Source: Gordius albopunctatus
Taxonomy: Eukaryota
Direction: 5' to 3'
Assembly (NCBI GenBank): GCA_964276515.1
Contig: OZ193909.1
Coordinates: 3,844,001 to 3,908,000 of the forward strand
Length of the DNA stretch: 64,000 nt
How positions within the stretch are numbered: position 1 is the stretch's first letter; each line of letters begins with the position of its first letter. This document shows positions 54,401 through 64,000 of this stretch, piece after piece. Both the position numbers and the translations under genes were made by a program. The notes beneath the pieces were generated by a model, which ran no database searches, had not been told where the DNA came from, and was given only the letters and a program-made list of their open reading frames with translations.

Positions 54401-54958
54401 AAAAAATGAGCTTTTTACGTAATGTTGTTGGGATGCTTCCGCTAGATTCAACGTCTTCCATTCTAAGGCTGTATTAATTACAAATGCTCTTAGAATGGTA
54501 AATTTTGTTATTGATACTTCAGATAAAAAAGTTTTTCATTTAAGAAAAAAACGAAATTAGTAACATTCTTTTATACAATAACAATACTAATATACAGCGA
54601 GGTTTCTGGCACTGATACCAATGTGTCTCTAAAAGTGTTAAAACACCTTGATACATTATTAAAAATATGATCTCGATATTCTTCCCACAAGCTACTGGTA
54701 TGCTTCAAAGATTATCTTAATTTAAAAGAACATTTTATATGATTCTTATGAGTTTAGTGCTCAACTAAATATTTTTGATTTACCGAATATTATATATATT
54801 ATTTTACGTATTTATACTAATTTTGTATAAATCTAGAATGCCCGAAAAATTGCATTAACGCCTACGGACGTAACGACTGCAACATTGAAGGCGAATGCAT
54901 ATGCCTAGATGGCTATGCTGGGGATCGATGTCAAAATGTAATGCATGGAATATCTTGA
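48464..54958 (+). CDS. EGF-like repeat protein gene (reverse-unit copy)
   Basis: Exons 48464-48506, 48636-48731, 49211-49306, 50733-50816, 50903-50986, 52625-52720, 53539-53709, 54837-54958; total 792 nt in an open frame. Confidence 0.87.
49405..50353 (-). mobile_element. RTE-like remnant (reverse copy)
   Basis: Reverse duplicate of 11270-12218. Confidence 0.85.
51002..51564. mobile_element. piggyBac-type MITE (reverse copy)
   Basis: Reverse duplicate of 10059-10621. Confidence 0.9.
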
Positions 54959-56355
54959 GCTAATATACCTGTTCTCATAAATCAGCATAAAAAATGGCTA
55001 ATCATTTGAGATGGAAAACTAAGACGATTGTCAAATTTGTCTCTTTAGCGTAGTGTAGTAAAAACGGTTGGGTTTTATTTGGTCGACCTTCGGTTTTAGT
55101 GGATTAAACATAAACAAACCAAAGGTTTTTTGGTCTGTTCTCCTTAGTCGACCTCTAGACTTAGTCGAAATTTTAAAAATAGACCAGAGTCGAGCATTTT
55201 GCAAATCAAATTCCTCAAAAGTGCACCGTATCTACTTGTTTCACTATAGATCGGGTGTGTTGAAAGCTATACAAGTTTCGCTGTTGATCTCAGAGCATCA
55301 TAAAAACTATTAGTTAAATAAATTAAGAAACCAATAAATATTATTCTATTTTTCTAGAAGTCAACATCCGATCCAATAAAAGAATGGCTTCAACTTAACG
55401 CCCCAAAAATAACATAACATGGCTTATTATTTTTTACATATACCCTTATAGCTTTGTGTAATTTATATTATTTACACTAATAAATTTCCATATTAATTGC
55501 TATCGATGTATGCTTTATAATAGGACATTTTTTGGTATACACAAAATATTTTATCATGATAAAATACAAATATTATAATTTATTTAAAAAAAATTAGAAC
55601 CTTATTATTATTATGATCTGTTATCAAGAATCTATGAGAAAAAAATCTTACCAATAACTTTTATTTAAAAATCGTTAAAATATTTATTTGAAACGAATTC
55701 ACCTTGGTCATGTTATATTGCGACGCGCTTTATTGTCAACTTCTATTTGTCCTCGCAAACTTAAAAGGTTCGCCAAAGTTTTATTCTGTAGATGGGATTA
55801 TATGGATGAATCTTGCTGATATAAACTCATATCAATATTATATCTTACTTAACACCATCACTAGAGGCAATAACGTTTAAAGAGAGGCAAAATGAGAATT
55901 TTATGAAATTTTAAAGTATTTTCGGATTTAGAGGGCGCCAGCTGCCCCTCCCTACCACCCCCTGACGCCATGATAACTAATAAAGTCATGGCGAAATTAG
56001 TTATAGCGATTTATTAACCATTACTTTACTTTATTGTGATTTGTGAACATATTAATGCCTTCCATCGAAATTTCTCGTAACAAATTAACTCCAAAGATAA
56101 CTGATAAACAATTCTGCAAGAATCGATAGATTAAAGACGAATGCAAAAGTCAAAATTTCATCAAAAGAGTCTACCAAAAAATTTGGCAACAAAATACATG
56201 CCTTTTATTTAAACGAATTTTTGGGAGCATAACCTTCTTCATACCTGGCTAATAATATAGAATTATATTTGACACTGTATCACAAAACTATTTAAGACTA
56301 ACTAATATCGATCATGGCAATCAAAATCTGACTAATACAATGATTTTTATGGTTA

Positions 56356-59121
56356 AAAAGTTTATTTTAATGAAACAAAGTTACATAAATAAGCTAAATA
56401 CAAAAATAAATAAAGACCTATTAGTTAGATACATAGATCTATATCATGATCTCCTGAAATGGGCCATCAGTCGGCAAAGGATTTATAGTTGTATCGTAGA
56501 ATAATAATCCCTAGTTGTTGCCTGAGTAAAAAGGACTAAGAAATTTTAGATTTCGGTGAGCGTTTTCCGATTTCTTTAAAAAACCCCATTACCTGCTTAC
56601 CAAAAGAACAGGAGCACGAGGCAACGACAGTGATAAAAATATTGGATGCCAAAAGGGCAGAGTACTTTGTAGTTTTACGCCCTTTTGCTGCAGCGATAGG
56701 GTCGTAATTAAAATGGGAAGAGGCAAATATGTCAATACAAGTAAAATCCCATTTGAGGGATAGGCTATTTTGCCAGGGGACTAGAGAAGAACTGTCAGGG
56801 CGCATCCTACCTTCAAGAGAGGGATCTAACGGCTCACGGATTGAGGGGATTGCATGGGTAGGCTTCAAGCCACTCGTGACTGGGACCATAAAAAGCGAGG
56901 GACCTAAGGTTGTAATGCTGGCTATCATCCCTGCTCGATAAAAGGTAATCAACGGAGCGCGATACTAGTCAAGAATCCCAATCTTGTCTCGTACTTTGAG
57001 GTTAAATAGTCTCTGGTGTCACATTCAAATTCCAAAGCTCCAAGGCTTGAGTTAACAGAGGGTCGGAATCATATGTTGTGAGATTAAAAATTGAGTTTTG
57101 GACTGACTTAAAAGAGGAAATAAAAGCAGCTAGCGATAGGCTGCCGCCAGGACGAATTCCTGATCCTCCATATTTGGTTGGAAGGGATGCTTGAATCCGA
57201 TTGTTAGTATTAAATTTTAAATTTTTTCTAATAAAGTTTTTAAAAAGCCTTCGTGCGACTTTAAAACGTGTTGGTGTCAAAATGCAGCAGATGAGCGAAA
57301 ACAATGATAAATCTTTTAAATGTTGAAATAGTTTTTGATTAAGTAAAAAATGTGATGTGCAGGCAAGCATTTTAAAAGTTCCGTTTTAGATTTTAATATT
57401 TCGAGGTTCTTATGAAGCAAATTTAAAAGAGATTTTTCGCCGCCAATGGATGATCCCAAAAGGTAGGAAAGACCGGGGCTAGTCGTAGCCCGGGGTTACT
57501 ATTATCTTTCTAATTATTTTGTAAAATAATATTGATATTAAAGCAAAATTTAAACCATATGTGTATTTTTCCATAAGCCATAAGCAAAAAAATATGCTTA
57601 GAAAAAATAAAATTTAAAATTTATATTGAGAAAAAACTATTTTTCGGGGCTATTAGTAGCCTTTACAAAATTTTTTATTTAGCACATAAAATTTTTTAGG
57701 CTGAATATTTTGGATGTATTTAACTTTTATCTTATAAAGGGAGATTTCTATATAAAAATTGTCTAATGATTAAATTTTTATATGCAATATAACATCTTAA
57801 ACTTTTAATTGTTTATGAAAATAGGGGTCGGGGCTAGTCGGAGAGGGGCTATTGCTAGCCATTTTTTATTAAAAAACAAAAAATTTTGTTTAATAATCTA
57901 ACATAGTGTTATTTGGAATAGAAATAGACTATGATTATACATTATAAAACGACTAAAAGTCTTTTTCCATTGCTAAATCCGCCTTTTGAGTGTTCTTAAG
58001 TCAGATTATCATCTTGACTCTATTTTTATTTCTTTTATATAAAATACAATCATATTACATTTGTATTTTCTACATTTTTATAATGAAAGAATATTTTTAT
58101 TGATTTGAGTTAGCATAAACTTATAAGATGTGAAAACGTCAGAAGCCCTCCTACCCTCTAATATCTTTACCCCTATCGTTGCCTCATGTTCTGAGACTTT
58201 TGGTCCTGCCGCCATCAAGCCTTTTAAAGATATCAGCCGTCGCTGCCCGCCCTCTAAATATTCCACAAATTTTATAGTTAAACAAAAAATTGGTATTTTA
58301 ATAGCAAAGTACAATTTTAAACTTTTATTATATGATACATGCGACGCTTTTTAATTATAATTTTTTTATTTTGTTTTCTACCCGCTCTTATATTTTTCGA
58401 ATTTTAACACTTCGTTTTTTATAACGTTCTTACATTCAAATAAACAATATATACATTAAAAAAAATCTAACGGCTATGACTAGATCCGGTTATTTTCAAA
58501 ATATTTTAGATTTTTGTTTTTTTAAACTTAATTTGTGATAAACTTTTATTTGCCTCCAAATATTTTTCCTATAGTAAAAATAGACCTTAAAAATATATTC
58601 CAACAAAAAAAATGGAAAAATTGTTTTTAGTTTTTTTTAAACGCGATTTAATTTTTTATGGCTAAAGTAGCCCTGGTCTTCCCTATATGTTTTCTCTCTC
58701 TAAAACTAAAAATGTTTCAAAAACTGGAAAGTCAATAGTGTTGGGAACCTAAAAGATTTAACATTTTTTCGAGTATGATTTAAGATTTAGAGTGGGTTCA
58801 AAGTTTTTGATGATTTCTAGAGCTTTACTAATCTCCTCCGGGCGGCCAAATAGTGTGGCGTCGTTGATACAAAATATTTAAATCGAGGGTACACTGAGAT
58901 GATATAGCCTCGACTGAATTATGAATGCCTAAACAAAATAAAGGAGGGCCTAATGGATCTCCTTGTTGGATGCCTTCGGACGAGTCAATGAGGTATTCGC
59001 CGAATCTAAGCTTGGTTATAGAACCATAGCTTAATAAAATGTAATTTAAAAATTGTGTGGATACAGCTAAAAAAGTGTTAATGAGGGTTTCTCTTCGAAT
59101 GCTGTTAAAAGCATTGGCAAA
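56356..59121 (-). mobile_element. CRE-like RT/RLE remnant (reverse copy)
   Basis: Reverse duplicate of 39902-42667. Confidence 0.85.
57464..58685. mobile_element. TA-TSD MITE (reverse copy)
   Basis: Reverse duplicate of 40338-41559. Confidence 0.85.
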
Positions 59122-60421
59122 TATAATGATTTTTCCTATTGCTTGCGGCTAGATATGCTTTTATGTACATTATCATATATAAAAAATTTGTTAGTTGATT
59201 AAAAAATCTTATTTTTATTTAATATCTGTGACGAAAGGGTTAGGACATTTTTTATCAATAGAGACGATAGTTTATCACCCCATATATGTCAACTTTATTT
59301 CTAAATCTGTGTCCGAAATTGCCAAAATTAAGTTTAAAATATAAATCAAATGTTTAACAACATTTTTACTGAAAATTGACTATTAGTAGAAAAGTCAATT
59401 CTTTTAAATAACAAAACAACCAGGAAATATTGAATATTGTTGTAGTTTTAGTTGAATCACTTTACTTACTCGCTTATGCAAATGAGCTAGGAAGGATAGC
59501 CTGTTGTATCTTGCCAACTAAAATTAGTTATGTGAATAATGGGCACTAATTATAAGCAGGCAAATATATAAAAAGCATGCCTCATATTAGTGGAGATGTG
59601 CAGTACATGGAACTGTCGGCATCCCTCATGCAAATGAGAAGTGCATCGACAAGGTGTAAATAGCGGGCATTTGACCATGATACAATGATATATTTATTTT
59701 TCTACTCGTTAGTCCTGTGGGGCGGGGGGGGGGATATTTTATTTTTCATCTTTGAATCTCGTGGGTCAAGCGGTAGCATGAAGGAAGAACCAAACGGTCC
59801 CCCTTACCCAATACCTTAAATTTACTCGTAGTCGTCGCTCATTCTAGCGGATTAATTTCACGGCAATTTCTCACAGCCATCGTCCAACACTTACATTAAT
59901 ACTTACATTTATTTTCTAGAAATCATCATTCGATTGGTTGATCGTTATTAGTTGTTATTACACATTTTGTACATTTTTAATAGTAGGAAATAAAGGATAG
60001 AAAGTGCGCATATAAAAAATATATAAAAATTTCTTACAAAATTACTGAATATGATTTAAATATAATAATAAGATTATAATTACCATAATAATATCGAGTA
60101 TCTTATTCGCTGGGATTTTTATTTTCAAAAGGCATGCTTCTCAATCACCTATAAAGAATGGTAAAAATCCTTAAACTTTCAAAAGTGTGTCTTTTTTCGA
60201 CGATTTTACTTTGCTAATCTTGATTTTCACTGTGGCTCACCAGAAGTTTTTTTCAATTCTTCCTCACTTGTTAACCCATATGATGGCTAAGCTTTATATA
60301 TAAACAGAACATTTCTATAATATTTAAATGTATGCAATCATCTAAACTAATTTTGTGTTACATATATTTTTGATTATAAATTTCAAAAAAATGCATCATA
60401 ATGCGTCTCGGTCGATCGCCT

Positions 60422-62052
60422 TTAATCTGGGCTTGAATATCTTCCCGGAAATAAAACATTTCCAGACTCAACTTCGATTAGTAAATGCAAGAACGGTCTA
60501 TTAAAAAACATATTGTCAAATGCTCTATCTTCGAGGGCTCCACCAGTGGCCGCTGCCCCTTTACTTCCTTTTTCGTTCATTTGAAAATTGACTTTATGAA
60601 CCATTTTATCCAACGACAAGGCTCGTGATTTGACGATATTGTTCAAACTATGGCTGGAAACATGCATAATGGAAGTTCAGTTATATACATTTATACATAA
60701 AATTCATCTCCAAATATATATCGATAGTTACTTAAAGATGCAACTTAGATTAGAATTCGCCAATATCGTGTTCATCTGCAAGTTTAATAAAATTATGTAA
60801 TACCAATCCATTATGTAGTATCCAATTTGTTTCCACTAATGGTAATTTATGATTGATAAAATGGGAGGGTGGAAATGGGTTTAGATATTTCGGTCGTCCA
60901 GCGACCATTATCAAATCGTCCTTCGTTCCTTATTTGTAATCCACATCACTTGTAATTTACCCTTTTTTTATTGATAATGGTCGCTGGACGACCGAAATAT
61001 GTAAACCCATTTCCACCCTCCCATTTTATCAATCCTAAATTACCATTATTGGAAACAACCTCGATACTATCTGCAAGTTTGTTTTACGATCAATCAGAGG
61101 TATGGAGATGTTAGGAATTTTGATGGAAGCTTTCTTGAGTGCATTCACTAATATATTAGGATCCATAAAAAGTTTGTATTTGAGTGCTTTTAACGTTGAT
61201 TTGGAATTGGGAAGAATTAGGACCGTTTTAAATTTGGTCTCTTTGTGATTCAAGATTAAATAATTGGCCAAATCTCTCATGTCTGTATATTGTTCGATCT
61301 CTAATTAAGCAATATTCATCACGGGTGTTAAGACATATCGACCGTCTTCTGTATGAATATTTTGCTGAGTCGTTCATCTTCAAAAATTAATTAGAAAATA
61401 TAAAGTGGGCTTAAAAAATTAGCTCTTATCGAACGGAACTTCCCACAGTCCTTTAAAATAGAGAGTGCTGAGAGAAGCTATAAGAGTGTTGCTTGTAATA
61501 TCTCTAGGGGAAAATAAATCCCGAATTCTGTTACGAGTAGGCTGAGCTACTTTAGCATTGATGGCTTTAAAAGTTTGATCTGGTGAATTGTAACTAGTCG
61601 GGGTCACCAAGGCCCTAAATATTTTCTTTACGGCGTTAGCATAATTTGGATTTATAGTCATTCTATTATTGACAAATAGCTCATTTAATATTTTAATTTC
61701 GGTTGCATCGTTTTTGTAGTCTTGATATTTGCTCAAAAAACCTGACTACCTTCTAATGTATTCGTGTGTCAAAGACTGCTGCAAAAAATTTCCTAGTTCA
61801 GCGTAGCAAGTTTCATCTCTAGTTCCCGCCGCGTATATGTACATGGCAGTTTTAAGGTTAAACGGTGAAAATACGTAATTTTGGTTATATTTATTGATGA
61901 TACACGCTATTTTGATGCTTACTAATGACCTGTGGATTAACGTCTGCACTCAAACTCACAGTTATGAGTGTTAAGGCTAAATAGATTTATAACATAATAA
62001 TTTTTGAATGAAAAAATAAAAACTCACCGAAGCAGAGTAATGTAATGAACAT
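60422..62052 (-). pseudogene. Serpin pseudogene (reverse copy)
   Basis: Reverse complement of 36971-38601. Confidence 0.9.
60786..61068. mobile_element. Foldback insertion in serpin (reverse copy)
   Basis: Same as 537-820. Confidence 0.8.
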
Positions 62053-62963
62053 GTCGATCTTGAAAAAAATTATCTCAATATCCGTGAATGATTTTTCATG
62101 GGGTCAGTATCTAAATAAAGAGATCAGCGACATCCTTAAAGTATAAGTAAATAGCATAGACTTGATAAATAGCCTCATTGATTTTTAAAGGTGCAATATT
62201 TTAATGTCATAGAGAAGAATAATTTTGTTTCAAAAAATGCATTAAAACAGTGGATAATCTCCCTCTTATAATAAATTCAACAAAACCCTTTCACAAGATC
62301 TCGTCTCGGTTTAGAAAAATCTCGTCTCGACGAGAATTCTCGACTTGTCTCGACTTATTTTATAAAAAATTTATACGAAATTAAAATTTCTTATGTTTTG
62401 TTAAAAATATTAAATAAGTGATAAAAAAATCCAAATGGAAAACTTTTTATATTTTTCTAAGAACATAAATACACAAACTCCTTAAAGATCTAGCACGACA
62501 CGACATCTCATTGACAAAATAAATATAATGAACTAATTCATACAGATAATATTTTCTATGGAAAGTGCAAATCAAAAATAAGCTATAAATAATTTTGATG
62601 TATATAAAGTTGAATTTATAGTTCCAGCAAATTTAACATTTTATCTAATTCACCGTGTCTGTAAAATGTAAAAGACTTGAAAATTTATAATATTTGAATT
62701 AATTATTGAATATAGCGTTATAATCCACAAAATGAGAGTGATTTTTAATGATAATAATATTATTTAAAGAATTGATAATTAGTTGCACATATTATAACGT
62801 AAAACAAAAATAAAAGTGGCATTATCAAAGGATCAAGAACATATAATTGTAAACTTTAAATGAGAGCATGCGTATTTTATTTTATGACAAACATTTTAAT
62901 CAAATTTGTATTCTAAATAATTACTTTCTAGTTCTAACTAACTTTGCCATTAACGATATATTT

Positions 62964-64000
62964 ATTTGGATCCCTTCTGCGGATTCAAGGAAGAATTCTC
63001 CAAATTTCGAAATCGAAGGACATCCGGAACTTAAAATGATGTAGTTGGTGTATTGGGGAAATAGCTTGATAAAACCATTAATGAAGGCAGTGCGGCGAAT
63101 GCTATTGAAAGCATTTTTAAAATCCAGTTTTATAAAGGAGTCACCCAGAGCGAGGTGTTCCAGGGCTAAGCCTGCGGCATGGGTAGCTATCTCGCACCCT
63201 CCTTCGACCCCGAAGCCTAGTTGATGCGGTTTTAAAGTAGGGGTCAATATTGGTTTGATCGCCGAGCAAATTAATTTAGAAATAATTCTTCGGAAGACAC
63301 CGCCGATAGGGATAGGCCTGGCTGAATTGTCGGCCTTCCTAATAGCTAAAAGCTTAGCTCCAAAGACTATGGGCGTTATTTCTTTAGGTATACTCTCATT
63401 GACTAAAAGGTTACAAAATTTGGTGAGTAAGTCTAGTAAGATGGAGGAGTTATTATTATCAATTGTTATAAGATATTTTAAAAAAATTGGTTTTATGCCG
63501 TCGAGACCACCTGCAGAATCCATGGGAAAAGATAAGATGGCATCTCGAATGTCTGATGACTTAAAAGCAATATCTGAAGGTTGCGAGGGCGATAGGTAAG
63601 TAGAAGATAGACTCTGGGGATGTTTGAGAACCATTTCTTCATATGATTTTTGTGAAGGACTCAAAAATGAATTGTCTTCTTCGAGGTATCTCATTGCGCT
63701 TTTGATGTTGAATGAGTGAATTTTTCTAGAGTTTTTTTTCGCTTTTTGTTTGGGGGTTAATATTTGGGATTCCTTTCTATCCATGTTATATGCTGGAGGG
63801 CTGTTTATTATGAGTAATTATTGCTTCCTTGTCTTGAGGAATATATCAAATGTAAAAAGAGAATTTAAATAATTTCTTCCAATAGGATAGGTTCGGAGGG
63901 AGAGAAATAATATTGTTAAGTAATTTTATTAAAAACTGTTGCATGCACGCCAGGGCCCCCCTTGGAATTCTGGATATGGTTGGTGGGAATGCTTGAGATA
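62964..64000 (-). mobile_element. CRE-like 5' RT fragment (reverse copy, runs off the window)
   Basis: ORF 62921-63784 is identical to 16530-17393. Confidence 0.9.
63072..64000 (-). repeat. Start of the next reverse-orientation unit
   Basis: 63072 onward repeats 44375 onward. Confidence 0.95.

Larger units (their letters stand above)
44375..63071 (-). repeat. Full unit copy in reverse orientation (period 18697 here)
   Basis: All ORFs recur on the opposite strand; 44558 and 63255 are the same ORF. Confidence 0.97.

Overview
AT-rich eukaryotic (metazoan-like) genomic DNA made entirely of near-identical copies of one ~18.7 kb unit. Left of a 200-N gap (44175-44374) there are two full copies and one partial copy head-to-tail (1-44174). 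Right of the gap there is one full copy and one partial copy in reverse orientation (44375-64000). Each unit carries (i) an apparently intact 8-exon gene, missed by the ORF track, for a 263-aa, 38-Cys, signal-peptide-bearing EGF-like repeat protein with all introns in phase 1, and (ii) a divergently oriented serpin pseudogene (predicted P1 Arg). The serpin is interrupted by a 284-bp foldback insertion with a 12-bp target-site duplication and a hammerhead-ribozyme-like core, resembling a Penelope-type element. The rest of the unit is transposon debris: CRE-like RT/RLE non-LTR retrotransposon fragments, an RTE-like fragment, a decayed Helitron, a TA-TSD MITE, a TTAA piggyBac-type MITE, a 49-bp minisatellite abutting the EGF-gene start codon, and an unclassified dispersed repeat. 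The inversion at the gap is probably a scaffolding artefact. All family assignments come from motif recognition by eye; no searches were run.
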